DNA from: Anthoceros angustus | Taxonomy: Eukaryota > Plantae > Anthocerotophyta | Assembly (NCBI GenBank): GCA_010909165.1 | Contig: MU008186.1 | Location: 744,001-808,000, forward strand | Reading direction: 5' to 3' | DNA length: 64,000 nucleotides | Shown: piece by piece, positions 11,777 to 24,959 of the stretch | Numbering within the stretch: the stretch's first letter is position 1 | Layout: every line of letters starts with the position of its first letter | The notes under the pieces: model-generated | Told to the model about the DNA's origin: nothing | The model's input: only the letters and a program-made list of their open reading frames with translations | The model's database searches: none | Made by a program: the position numbers and the translations under genes

Positions 11777-12335
11777 TCATGGGCATCCTTCCTTGTCTGG
11801 GCCCATGAGCTTCCTAACTTGACTCGTCATGAGTAACTCCTCTTGGGCCTGTGCAAATCCTCGATTTTGACCTTCATCTCCTCTAGGGCACAGCTTGTCC
11901 TGGTCCACTTTTCCCCTGTAGCCTCCTCCTCCTCCCGGGCCTTCACCACTTCTTCCAAGTGCCCCACTGCAGCTGAGCAGGGTGAGTGCCGCCAGGCCCC
12001 GATCCGGCGTAATATGCGGCCCAGGCGAATCATGGCGCGTCAGCTCACCGCAAATCCACATTGAGGAGGCCCGGCGCGAACGCCATTCCACATCAAGCAC
12101 CTTCTTTCCAGGTAAGGTGCGTACCAGGAATAATAGTCCATGACCTCGGGTTGTCAATGGAGCTCCATGAAGATTTCTTCCCATCTGAGGAGGCTCCGTT
12201 GCTGAGGTCAACCCCTAATTCCTCGGGGCACATTCATCATCGCATCAGTCAGCAAAATTGTCCTCTTCGGACCACGCCTCTTCCTACACCGTCGATGCAC
12301 GCTTGGCCTTCATTTTGTTGCTTTTCCTGCGGTAG
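11777..12335 (-). pseudogene. 3' tail of the family-A accessory ORF, fused directly to an LTR terminus
   Basis: Homologous to 12940-13340 and to about 15170-15680; encodes EEAWSEEDNFAD...GHLEEVVKAREEEE, a coiled-coil-like tail. Confidence 0.55.
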
Positions 12336-12920
12336 TGTGGAGTGTAACCTTGTGCCCGAGGGACAGTGAGGTCCATTTACCCTCAATGTCGTTGTAGTCT
12401 TGGGATTCGCTCCCAAGGGAATGATTTGTGCCAAGGGCGCTAACTTCTATCGCTCACCTTCACCTAAGTTAGGACTTTTCTGCTATTACTCCTCTTACTA
12501 TCTTTTATCTACTACTCCACTGCTGCCCCGGACCTTACCTCCGACCACGGATCTTATTCCGACGTTCTTGCTCTACCGCGTGCCACCACTCTGGGTAGTT
12601 GCCCACGAGGTGGGTCCCACCAAACCCTAGCGACTTCGCCGGCAGGCGCGCGGATCTGCCGCGGCCTCACCCGCTCGTCGGACTTTGTGCACTCCACACT
12701 TCATGCACACACAAATTCCTGGGACCAAATTCCACCCCTCTCACGCTCACACACACACACAGGCGCCTTCACACAATTCGGAAGGAATGACATCACCTCT
12801 TGTGCTCACTTTCACGAACAGCACCGGTTTGGATCCTCTCATCACGCAATTCCCTTTAGTCGCTCAATTAGTTTTCCTTCCCAACTTCCACCACACCTTA
12901 CACCTCGCCAGCGTCTGATT
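12336..12920 (-). repeat. LTR-like repeat family A, copy 2 (internally deleted)
   Basis: Matches 9717-10380 and 13341-13910, then jumps to ORF-tail sequence. Confidence 0.7.
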
Positions 12921-13340
12921 GCTCAACCACTCTTCCTTCTCCTCCTCGACGGGCCTTCACCACTTCTTCTTCCCGTCGCCCACGGCGGTGAGTGCCATCG
13001 CGGCGATCCGGCCTGCAGCCCAGGCGAATCATGGGCGTAGTCAGCTCACGCAAATCCACATTGAGGAGGCCCGCGCGAAGCCATTCCCATCAAGCACCTT
13101 CTTTCCCGATGGGTGCGTGCCGAACTGCTCCGTCCATCGACCTCAGTTGTCAATGGAGCTCCCTTGAAGATTTCTTCCCATCCTGAGGAGGGCTCCGTTG
13201 CTGGGGTCAACCCTAATTCCTCCGGGGCCTATTCATCATCTGCATCCAGGTCAGCAAAATTGTCCTCTTCGGACCACGCCTCTTCCTCTGCCTAATCGAT
13301 CTGCCGCTTGGCCTTCATTTTGTTGCTTTTTCTGCGGTAG

Positions 13341-14705
13341 CGAGTGTAACCTTGTGCCCGAGGGACAGTGAGGTCCACATTTACCCTCAATGTCGTTGTA
13401 GTCTTGGGATTCGCTCCCAAGGGAATGGTTTGTGAGGCTAACTTCTATCTACTCTTGACCTTCACCTAAGTCGGACTTTTCACCTATTCCTCCTCTTACT
13501 ATCTATTCATCTACTACTACCTCCCCCAGACTACTCCCGACCACGGATCTTATTCCCCAAATCTTGCTACTACCGCGGTGGCTCTTACCACTCTGGGTAG
13601 TTGCTTGACCACCGAGGTGGGTCCCACAAACCCTAGCGACTTATTTAGGCGCATGGCGCGCGGATCTGCCACAGGCGTATCTCACCCGTCGGACTTTATT
13701 TGGCACTCCACACTTCATGCACACACACCTGGGGACTAGGCTCCCACAATCCCTCTCACGCACACACACACAGGCGCCTTCACACAATTCGGAAGATCCC
13801 TCTTGTGCTCACTTCCACGGCACCGGTTTGGATTTCTTTTGCGCAATTCCCTTTAGTCCTCAATTAGTTTTCCTTCCCAACTTCACCACCTTCACCTCGC
13901 GCCAGCGTCTGCTCACTCTTCCTTCTCCTCCCAATTGCTTCTCACTCTCTCTCTCTCTCTCTCGACACGCCTCGGGCTTCATCCACACACTCAACATACC
14001 TCTTAATTTGAACACACTGAGGAAAAGGGGAGGAAGAACCGGGCGTCCAGGCAGGCGTTACGAGCAAGCTCGACCCGCCCAGCGCCAATCCCTCGTTTCC
14101 CTCCTTGTCGGCGGGCTCCTCACCCCTCTCCCGTGCGAGCAAGCTCTCGACCACCCCTAGGGCGTCTCGCACCCGCCTCTCAATCGGACGTCTCCAACCA
14201 GCCACAGGCGTGGGGATCTCAACCGAGATCTTCGTGAGGCATAGTCGCCCCTCTTATACATCATGGCGCCATGCCCCGGATTTTAGGTCCCAAGATGGCT
14301 ATCATGAAGGGCGCCCACAATTCGGGCGATCTAGGTCGGTCGACATCCTAACCAAATTATCCTTAGGATGCTATCCTATCGCCTCGCTATCTGCGCGCCC
14401 TCCTCGACTTGGCGCTGGCCCGCCCGTCCTCCATTGCCGCCACGAGCCCTCCTGCCTTGTGATCGGGGTTTCCCACAATACTTCCACCTCACATCGCTGG
14501 GCGTCCTAATTTGAGGTACACCGCCTGGAGCTTCGCATCTTCGGCCGCCTATTCTTGAGGATTATTACGGTTCCTCGTCCACCCAAGCTGGACCTCCTCC
14601 TCACTTAACTCCTCCAAAGTCGCCTCCGCATAATAGGGGCCAACCCCACACTGGGCGATGGTAGAAGTATGCACTTGGTCCTCACTTGCGATGGGTAGGC
14701 CCACA
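13341..14705 (-). repeat. LTR-like repeat family A, copy 3
   Basis: Matches copy 1. Right end gcccaca abuts a PPT-like tract (GGTGGGAAATAGGAGGG on minus). Confidence 0.6.
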
Positions 14706-15169
14706 GTCCCTCCTATTTCCACCATGGGCCGGTGAAGTTAAGCCGCGTTCCCCATTCACATATAGACCGAGAACATAAGTTTCCTCATCCATGTGCCGCA
14801 ACATAATAGGACCTCCTGTGGTGAGGTGCTTACCCCTCCTCCGTGGGCTACACACAGTTGCTGGTCCATGTCTCGCGCGGTGCGCGTCGCATCTGTCACT
14901 CCGCTCATGGCCTTGAGTTGGGCTTGCCAATGCGATGGCTTCCACTGCGGTGGTGGACTCCGGCGTCGTTCGCAACCACGGTAGGTGTTTGGCTACGGTT
15001 CTTTGCTTCCTTCGCCGGTAGTTCCTTCCACTACGGTCGTGGTCCGCTACCTCGCTTCCCTTCCCTTATCCTTTACGGCTCACGTGCCTCATCCGCTCCG
15101 TTTATTTCGCGACTTCTCCAGGCCGCCTCTTGCTCTGGGCTAACAACTCCCCCATCTCTGGTTTGTCTC

Positions 15170-16471
15170 GTGGGCATCCTTAATTTGAGCCATGGCGCTT
15201 CCTGCTTCGGGCATAACTTCTCACAGGCCTGCACAAATCCTCGAATCTTGGCCCTTATTTCCTCTAGGTTCGCTTGTCTTCCTCCGGTTGCTTGCGCTTG
15301 GCCTCCTCTTCGTCAAACTGGCCTTCACCACTTCCTCCGTCGCCCTTGCACCGGTGCCATGCTAAAGGCCGCTTGATCTAACAAATCCGGGGCCGGATCG
15401 CCGATGTGGTCGGCTCACGCAAATCCACTGTTGTGGCGGCCCGCGACGCCATCCCCACAGCCGAGCACTTTCCCGGCAAGGTGCGCACCCTCACCAATTG
15501 GTTGCATCCACATTGCGGTGGAGTCCTTGAAAATCTCTTCCCATCTTTGAGGAGGTCCGCTTCGAGGTCAGCCTAATCTCTCCGGGGTGGGTTCATCATA
15601 CATCGGTGACTGCTGGTCTTCCTCGGACCGCGCCTCTTCTTCCGCCACCTCAACGCCGATTGGCCTTCACTTTTCTGCGTGTAGCATATCGCCAGTGACC
15701 GCGTCCACCTTCACCTTTTTAGCCGTTTGCCACCCCGGTCTTCCTCTTCTTCTTTGGTGAAATTTCCTTCTCTTCCTCGAGGCTGCCACGGACTCCCGGT
15801 GTCGATTCCTCCTCGATTTCCTCCTTGGGCTCCTCACTTCCACTTCACCTCCCTAAGCTTCCACATGAAGGGAGGCCACAATTCTACCTGGCGGTTAGCA
15901 TGCGCATAAAGATGGACCGAAAAATTGAAATTGGGGAGGGCGAGGGGTAGAGAATCAGTTCAACCTCTCTTCCACACAACATCGAGAAAATCCGTCCCCA
16001 ATTGATTTTCGCCCCCAGCAACTTCATGGAGGAACAACGTGACAGAGTGGTCGGACAAATAATAATCCACTTCTTGTCTTGTAGAAAACATAGGAGCCAT
16101 CGGCAAACCCATCAAGCGTGTTTGTTGCCAATTAGCGTCGGCCGGTTGGGTTCCGGATTCGCCCGCCTTAACCGGGCGGCTGCTTCTTCTTGCTCCTTTT
16201 CGAGAAGGTTCCATCACCGGACCACACCTCCCTTGCTTCCGCCCATACACCCTCCTAACCAATTCCAGTCCCAATCACGAGGGCTCTAATCCCCTCGCCC
16301 GATTGCTTGCCTTTCAGATGGCGAGCGCACTCCTGTACCAGTCCCAGGTTCACGTAATTCCAGCGCTTCTCCATGAAGCCAAGCCCCAGCTCTTTGACCA
16401 ATTCCCCAGCTCGGACCTTCCAATGATCCATGTTTGGCCATTGGGCAATTCATTGTGCCTTTAGGCGCCAT
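15170..16471 (-). pseudogene. Gypsy accessory ORF (plant-transposon-protein / Athila ORF1-like), cassette unit 0
   Basis: Starts MAPK at 16471; motifs LELVRRVYG and LFLHEVAGG; coiled-coil tail. Confidence 0.5.
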
Positions 16472-16910
16472 CCCTCTGGAGTTCCCAGCGCTGGAATGGT
16501 GTAGTCTTGCCTTGAAATTCCTAGCAGGTTCAGCCGTCCAGTGTTCCTTCCTTCTCAACAACCCGCGCCGCCAGCAGCGCCGCCCTCCTTCTACGCCGGG
16601 ATTCGCGATCTCACTGGTGAGGGTTTGAGGCTGCCCTCCTCCGCGATTGCGCCCTCTCGCTCTCCAGCAGATCGCGGTATCCCCCCGGGTGCAGCTCCTC
16701 GACGTCCTCGCGCTCCAGCCGCCGTTGCGCTCCGCCGTTTGAACGCGTTTAAGGGTCACTTTCCCCCAATTTCCTTAGGGTTAAGTTCCCGGGTTCCCTA
16801 CTGTCTTCTGACCCCTCTCGGCCTCCACACCCCATCCACAACCCCACCCTTTCAACTCGGGTTGGTCGACCTCTAACTATAGTACCCTAATTATTCCAAC
16901 CCCTACCTCA

Positions 16911-16955
16911 CATATATAGACTTTTTAGAGGATACCCCAAGTCCATGGGCCAAGG
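16911..16955 (-). promoter_or_regulatory. Internal promoter module CCTTGGCC-(about 28 bp)-CTATATATG, unit 0
   Basis: Same motif pair with 26-32 bp spacing at 18314-18357, 30978-31022, 53690-53731 (minus) and 55522-55568 (plus, CTTGGCC). Confidence 0.6.
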
Positions 16956-17129
16956 AACATCGAGTACCCGGACCACTTATTATCTAATCTAAGAAAAAAC
17001 AAAAAAAACCCCATAGGCCAAGGTCATTTCTACTATAAATACCTTTGCCTACTGTCAACCTGACTTATTTTCACACCACTCTTAACCAAAAAAACAAAAA
17101 AAACACTTCAAGCACATTTCAACGGGAGT

Positions 17130-17946
17130 TTCCAAGTCGGATCGTTTGGCCCCGATCTGGTGATGCGATCCACCCTTCCTTCGCCGTTGAGGTCCTTTGC
17201 CTCCCGGCCTTTCTCTTCTTGCTTGTGCAGCTCCTTTTCCTCTTACAGGCGCCGTCGCCCACGGACTCCCGGTTGTCGATCCTTCCTATCTCCTCCTTGA
17301 GCTCTTTTCCACTTCACCTCCCTAAGCGGCTTCCCATGTGGAGGAGGCCCTGTTCATCTCCCGTGAGGCAGTTAGAGTGCGCATCTGGTGAGATGGCGAA
17401 ATTAGAGAGGACGAGGGAAGAGGATCGATTCAACCTCTCCTCACATGACTTGTCAAAAGAATCCGTGATCAATCCTTGTACCCTTGACAACTTCATGGAG
17501 AAAAAGCAGCAAATGGTCAGACAAATAATCCTGCTTCTTATGCTGTAGGAAGCAAAGAAGCCATCTGGCCAGACCCATCAGTTGTGCGGATACCAATTCT
17601 CGGGTCAACCAACCATTAGGTTCCCGAAATTACGCCCGTCTTGACCAGAGCCGCTGCTGCCGCTGTTGTGCTCCTCTTCCGAGAGGGTTCAATCACCAAT
17701 CCACCTGCTTCCTCCTTGCTGCGCCCATACACTTCCCTGACCAATTCGATGTCCCAATCACGAGGCTTCGCTCTAATCCCCCGATTGCTTGTCCTTCGGA
17801 TGGCGGCGCACTCTACACCGTCCAAGTTCATGTAATTCGCTTCTCCATGAAGCCGGCCCCAACTCCTTCACCAATTCCATCGGACTTTCCAATGATCCAT
17901 GTTTGGCCATTGGGCAAGCAATTTCATTTGTGACCTTGGGCGCCAT
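17130..17946 (-). pseudogene. Accessory ORF, cassette unit 1 (3' truncated by the tandem junction)
   Basis: MAPK start at 17946; RAKPRDWDIELVREVYGR; LLLFLHEVVKGTRIDHGFF. Confidence 0.5.
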
Positions 17947-18519
17947 CCCTCTGGTTCCGCCTCGCGCCAATGGTGACGCCGAATTTCTGGTCGGTCTCGG
18001 GTTCCTACCTCCTCAACAAGGCGCCGCCGCGCGCCCGCCTTCCTCTCGCGGGATGCTCGCGGTGAGGTTGAGCTGCCCTCCTCGCGTTGCGCCTCTCGCT
18101 CCTGCGGTCGCGGTATCCCGTGCCTCGGCGTCCTCGCGCTCCGGCCGCCCGTTGCTCCGCGTTGAGCGTTTGGACTTTCATTTCCTAGGGTTAAGTTCCC
18201 GGGTTCCCTCTTCTGACCCTCTCGACCTTCCCCTCCCAATCCACAACCCTCATTCAACTCTGGCGGTTGGTCGACCTCTAGACCTATCACCCTAATTATC
18301 CCAACCTACCTCACATATATAGACTTTTTAGTGGACATCCAAGTCCATGGGCCAAGGAACATCGATCCGGACCATTTATTATCTAATCTAAGAAAAACAA
18401 AAAAAAAACCATAGGCCAAGGTCATTTCTACTATAAATACCTTTGCCTCATCAACGACTTATTTTCACCACTCTTAACCAAAAACAAAAAAACACTTCAA
18501 GCACATTTCAACAGGGAGT

Positions 18520-19825
18520 TTCCAAGTCCAGATCGTTTACATGGCCCCGCCCGGATCTACCGGTGATGTAACGTCCACCCTTCCTTCTTGGGTGAGTCAC
18601 TTTTGCCTCCCGGCCTTTCTCTTCTTGCTTGTGGCAAGCTCCTTTTCCTCTTACGAGCGCCCGTCGCCCAGACTCCCGGTTGTGGATCCTTCCTCTATCT
18701 CCTCCTTGAGCTCTTGGCTTTCCACTTCCTCTAAGCGGCTTCCACATGTGGAAGGCCTCCAATGTCTCCATCTCCGGGGCAGTTAGAGTGCGCATCTGGT
18801 GAGCAGGAATGGCGGGAAATTAGAAGGAGACGAGGGAAGAGATCGATTCACCTCTCCTCCACCTAGTGACTCCGATGTGCATATGTGTGAGATGCGCTTT
18901 TTCCATTCGCCTTGTCTTCATCCCCATGCGCACCGTCCCTTCCCCTCTTACGCATACTCTTCTCCGTCCCCTCGTCCTCCAAGCACCTCGTCCTCGGAAT
19001 TTGTGTCCTCGTATGTGTCATCCCCATCCGGCTCTTCCCCACCGTCTTCATCCTCATCAGCACCAACATCCGAATCGAATTAATTCCACGAATTGCGTTT
19101 GGCCTCAAGGGTTTTGGCATCGCGTTGAGCCCTTATTATGACCCGCAGATCTTTGAAAGTCGCACGTGGTTCTCCCGCTTCATCACATCCCACGGTTCAT
19201 GCATTTTCGCTAGTGGCGAGTGCACCAAATTCGCATTCTTCGTCGGTTGGGGCTCTCCCATACTTTTCTTGGAACTTGAACTCCCAGGCGTCAGCCCCAT
19301 GGGTTTTGGCCCTTGTCCATTGGATTTCTCCAATCTCGCCTTTCTTTGAAGCGATGCCTTGAGCGTTCCGTGTTGTCGAGTTCAACTCGTGCCCATGTGA
19401 CAATATCCCTCCACACCTTTTCATCCGCCATGAGGTTTCAAAGCTGACTTTTTTTCCCTACTCTCTTCTCCGCTAAGGCGTATGCCTTTCGCCTCCACAT
19501 ATCTGTTCGCGTTGGTGTCTTGACTAAACTCCGACCTAATCATGGACTTCACGAGATCGAACCGTGAAGCCACTTCACGCAGTTCCTTCCTCCTTGCTGC
19601 GCCATACACTTCCGACCAATTCGATGTCCCAATCACGAGGCTTGGCTCTAATTCCTTCGCTGGTTGCTTGTCCTTGGTGGCGAGCACACTCTGCACGGTC
19701 GGGCTCACATAATTCCATCGCTTCTCCATGAAGCCAAGCCCCCTCCTTCACCAATTCCCGACTCGGACCTTCGTGGTCCATATTCGGCTGGCGGTCCTAA
19801 TTCTCTTTTCGGCCTTGGGCGCCAT
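18520..19825 (-). pseudogene. Accessory ORF, cassette unit 2, interrupted by a CACTA-derived fragment at 18856-19360
   Basis: MAPK start at 19825; ELVKEGAWLHGEAMEL...RAKPRDWDIELV. Confidence 0.5.
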
Positions 19826-21520
19826 GCTCCTGACAACCTCCACTACTAAGCGAGGTGTCCATGTTATGGTGTTTTATAACGGGATTCGGGGTTTTTAACG
19901 TTATGCGGTTTTGTAACATGGATTAGGCCGTGTCCGGGCCTCGGATCATTACAAAACCTGTAACATGAAGGTCGTGACAACAAAATTTGTTACACACTTT
20001 TGGGCCCGGTTTGTGAGTCGGTCGGTTCCGCCTTGTCGAGTTTGTGGCCTTCCGGTCCACGCATTAATTACCATCGGGTTTTGTTTTCAATTGATGGAAT
20101 TGGGAATAGTTTTGACACACGGCAATTTATTGCCGCACATCCTTACATGCGAGCGAGAAAACCGATGGACTCGCCATCGGCGTTACCGGACTACGGTTTT
20201 CCATTCTGTTATCCGCATGCCACCCGTTCTCATTCCAATTGCATGGGGCGCGGGGGCAAGTGTTACACGCGTTTCCTTTACTCCTCTTCGTTACAACCGG
20301 CTTTGCACGCGCGTGGGAAGGCAAGTTTCATACATGAATCTCATCGTTCACAATGCAATCGCAACAAAGCCGCCAAACACGCCGTCATCGGCTTGCCCTT
20401 TCCATCGTTGGTTCTCTTGACGGATGGTTGCAGGCCCTCCACATTGACGTCCATGACCGGTTGTGCGCATGAGAAGAAACATTAGTGCAACTAACGGGCA
20501 GCCCAAACCTCATGAGTCCATCAAGATCGTCTCACCCACGGATTTCGCGCTCTCTCCTTCCCCTTGACGCCGAGGCCTTTGTCTTCACCGCCACGCCGGG
20601 CCCTCGTCATTCACGCCAAGACGTGGCCACCTGCCCGCCTTTCTGTCGCTCGAGCAGTATACACTTCCTCGAAATCGGGTTGTGCGCCCGATGCCCCTCC
20701 ACCTAGTGACTCCGATGTGCATATGTGTGAGATGATGCTTTTTCCGCTGCGTTGTCTTCATCCCCATGCTGCCCTTCCCCTCTTACGCATACTCTTCTCC
20801 GTCCCTCGTCCTCCCGGCACCTCGTCCTCGGAATTTGTGTCCTCGTATGTGTCATCCCCATCCTCTTCCCCGTCTTCATCCTCATCAGCACCAACATCCG
20901 AATCGGAATTAATTCACGCACACTTACAGTGCGTTTGGCCTCAAGGGTTTTGGCATCGCGTTGAGCCCTTATTATGACCGCAGATCTTTCGAGAAAATCG
21001 CACGGTGGTTCTCCTTCATCACATCCACAGTTCATGCATTTTCGCTAGTGGCGGAGTGCACCAAATTCGCATTCTTGTCGGTTGGGGCTCTCCCATACTT
21101 TTCTTGGAACTTGAACTCCCAGCCCCACGCCCCATGGGTTTGGCCTTGTCCATTGGATTTCTCCAATCTCGCCTTTGTGCAGCGATGCCTTCTCCTTCAA
21201 ATTCACCTCCGCCCGATCGTGCGGACCTACGGACCTTCATCTCGCCTCCACGACAATGTCCTAGGGTATGGATGTGCGGGTTCACATCCTCCGCCCTCCC
21301 TTGAACGCGCCACTTTTGGTGTCCGTTCGGTCACCATGCGCATCGTGCGAGAAAGAGATGACTCGTTCGCATCTCCATCCATAGGCCCTCACCATTTATA
21401 GACCGGTCGTCCTTGGGTGTCGGGCATAATGCAGTAGCATTGTCCACGTTTAATTCTGGATATTAATATATACCATTCTCCAAGGTCAAATTTATGCGGC
21501 ATCATTGGTTTGCCAAGGAT

Positions 21521-21580
21521 CATGTCGGTTCCGTGCCTACATATGTCACATGTCGGTTCCGTGCCTACATATGTCACATG
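21521..21580. repeat. 28-bp tandem repeat x2 (catgtcggttccgtgcctacatatgtca), also at about 23631-23690
   Basis: Read directly. Confidence 0.85.
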
Positions 21581-21688
21581 ACCACATGTCTGTATGTGGA
21601 AAATGTCCATATTTTCCGCATACATGCGCGCCAGCATTTATAGGCCGGTCGTCCTTGGGTGTCGGGAATAATTAAGTACCATTAGTCG

Positions 21689-21722
21689 GTGTATTAATAC
21701 ATTATTGAATGTATTAATACAC
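21689..21722. repeat. Perfect 15-bp-arm palindrome with 4-nt loop, second copy at 23786-23819
   Basis: GTGTATTAATACATT-attg-AATGTATTAATACAC. Confidence 0.95.
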
Positions 21723-24700
21723 TATTCGATGTATGTCATCCCGTTCCATTATCCAAGGATAATTCATCCGTCCTCCCAACCTCTTGTCTATATATGTCAC
21801 ATTAGCTTCATGTGTGTATGTGGTGTCCATACATCCATATGCCTCCTTGGGTGGCGGGCGCCACATTCCCTTCCTCTTGCCCGCCACTTGTTAGCTCCAG
21901 CAGTTGGTCTGGACCCACCGCAATCCCCTTTTAGTAGTATTGCTCCGACCAGCTCCTTGTTGTCCATGTCGTCCCACACAATGCTGGCCCATGTTTTGCG
22001 CAACATGGTGCCTCCGCCGTTGACCGCTGCAGAAATTCCCGCCCACACTTGTGAGGCTGCAAAAGCGAGCTCGCGGGCACTACCCGTGCCATTACACTCG
22101 GCATCTTCTTTGTGAATCGGAACCTCGTCCATTCCTCCAGCGAGGTCCTCCCAACATCCATGTCCTCCATCGCATCCGGATCCCATATGGCATTTCCATG
22201 TGCTCCCAATCTCCACCCTTAAAATTGCCTCACAACCCCAGCGGCATCGGTTTGCCCGAGGCGTCGTATGCTTCCTTCCGGCAAAATTCTGTCACCGTGA
22301 CCAAGGTGCGGGCCGCCCGCAAAGCTTTAGTATCAAACGGACAGCATGAACAAGTGTAAAACTAACCGTGTCCGGCAAGGTATAGGCACAAACCATGTCT
22401 TTGAGTTCTCTCCACAGAAGTGCCGGACTCACGAATCGGGTCTGTCGATGTGCAAGGCATTTCGTGCCGTTAGGATAAAGCGCAAGATGGGAAGGCGTAA
22501 GCGAGATGGCAAACCGCGGAATGGCGCAGATTGTAGCCTCTTTCAAACCCGTGGTTCCGCCTCCGCATGCCGCCGGACAAAAGACCACCCGTTCGCGACT
22601 CCCGCCCGCGCCATGTGACCGAAATCACCAGCAAAGGAAACTTGTTCCCTTCGACTCCATCTCGACATGGCGGCCGGACCCTCCCTCCGCCTTGCCCGGC
22701 CGATGTTTTCAATTGATGGAATTGGAATAGTTTTGACACGGCAATTTATTGCCGCACATCCTTACATGCAGCGAGAAAACCGATGGACTCGCCACAATCG
22801 GTACCTCGACTGACCGCTTCCATTCCTGTTATCCCGCATGCCACCCGTTCTCATTCCAATTGCATGGGACGCATAGGGTGACAAGTGTTACGCTTCCTTT
22901 ACTCCTCTTCGTTACAACCGGCTTTGCAACGCGTGCCGGAAGGCAAGTTTCATACATGAATCTCATCGTTCACAATGCAATCGCAACAAAGCCATCGCCA
23001 AACACGCCGTCGGCTTGCCCTTTCCATCTAAGAAAGGGCGTGTGATATTCATTCCAAGATTTCCTACTTCTTCCTCACATGAGGGCTGGTTACCAAGTAC
23101 CGTGTCTCTATTCCAAAGAGGCGGGTGCATACCCGAGCTCCCCGCAATCGGTACTCCCCAATGACGCGTCATCCTCCATATGTGCACACATTCGCAAGAA
23201 TCGAATCACGAACCGCTTCGCAAGTTCCTCCGTGTTATCGGCATCTCTTTGTATTTTCGGGATGGCGTGGTTGTATGGCCGCGTGGGCGATCGATGCCTT
23301 CTCCTTCAAATTCACCTCCGCCCGATCGTGCGACCCTACGGACCTTCATCCTCGCCTCCACGGACAATGTCCTAGGGTATGGATGTGCGGGTTCGCACAT
23401 CCTCCCGACGCCCTCCCTTGAACGCGCGCCACTTTTGGTGTCCGTTCACCATACCGCGCATCATAAAAGAGATGACTCGTTCGCATCTCCATCCATAGGC
23501 CCTCACCATTTATAGGCGGTCGTCCTTGGGTGTCGGGCATAATGCGAGCATTGTCCACGTTTAATTCGGATATTAATATATACCATTCTCCAAGGTCAAA
23601 TTTATGCGGCATCGTTGGTTTGCCAAGGATCATGTCGTTCGTGCCTACATATGTCACATATCGGTTCCTGCCTACATATGTCACATGACCACATGTCCGT
23701 ATGTGGAAAATGTCCATATTTTCCGCATGCATGCGGATTTATAGGCCGGTCGTCCTTGGGTGAGAATAATTAAGTACCATTAGTCGTGTATTAATACATT
23801 ATTGAATGTATTAATACACTATTCGATATGTCATCCGTTCCATTATCCAAGGATAATTCATCCGTCCTCCCAACCTCTTGTCTATATATGTCACATTAGC
23901 TTCATGTGTGTATGTGGTGTCCATACATCCATATGCGTCGTCCTTGGGTGGCGGGAATGAATAAGTACCGATGTCCGTGGGTTTTTCGATGTTTTGCTAC
24001 ACACCATTATCGAAGGGTATATCCTCCCATCTTTCCGCCTATACATGGCACATGACCTTCATTGCGATATGTGGTACATGTCCATGTGTTCCATACATCA
24101 CCCTCACCATTCACTTGTTTTTGCAGACACACCTACATGCTTGTCGAGGCAATGGGCATTGCGGCGTGCATTGAACAAAATCTTTACCTGCTAACTTGAT
24201 TCCCGCGCTTGTGCGGTGCGTGCCCGGCCTCGTGCTGTGCGCGCCGTGATGCGGCGCATTTCTATAATTCATCGATGGTTAGCCATTCCTCGGGGCCATT
24301 GTTCCAAACTGCGTGCACCGCTCGCGGCAAGCTTGTGTGTGGTGACCTCTTCACTTTCATGCGTTTCCGTCCTTCCGCGCCCGACCTTCCGCTCACCACC
24401 GTTTTGTGCACTTGCGAGCATCGGTGGAAAGTGTCTCGGCCGCACCCGATGCGCCGCGCAATAGGGATCCTTTTCGACGGAGATGGAGCATCATCCGCGG
24501 ACACGTGCACAGGCGTCGCCAGCCCTCGCGCCCGGCAATCGCGAAGAAGGAGCTCGCCAGGGGCTGACTGGAGTCGACAGCAGATGCCTTGGATGCTCGC
24601 AGGCGCGTGCAGGAGGTAGGGAGGTGTTTACTTGAAATCACACAGTGGATGGACTTGGTGCCGGCTCTCGATGTTTGGGCTTGGTTCGTGGATGAGCGCC

Positions 24701-24959
24701 AAACTTGGTGGGTCCTTCTTAAAGGCGTGGAGAGCAGCTGCGGACAAAGCCCGCCATAAATGACCGAGGTCGCCACCTTCGCATATCTGGATAGTTTTTG
24801 GAAAAGAAGGCGATGGCATAGAGCGAATTGTTGTTGACTTCCGAACATCCGACATCTCGGGAATAGTGCGAATTGTTATCGCATCTCTTGTTATTAGCCT
24901 AAAGGCGTAATTGAGCTTGTAAGGTCCATACATGCGGGGTAGTAGAGGTTTCGAGTTAG

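Larger units (their letters stand above)
20080..23955. repeat. Internal CACTA block duplications: A 20080-20400 / 22700-23030; B 21180-21860 / 23290-23955
   Basis: Long near-identical stretches read directly, for example ttttcaattgatggaattgg and gcgatgccttctccttcaaattcacc. Confidence 0.9.

Noticed and set aside
21389-23820. Short repeats separated by unique sequence, checked as a CRISPR-like array
   Set aside because: Only 2 copies per block with irregular spacing, explained by block duplication inside a CACTA element; eukaryotic context
24460-24600. GELLLRDC resembling a PHD-finger signature
   Set aside because: The remaining Cys/His ligands are not correctly spaced in any frame
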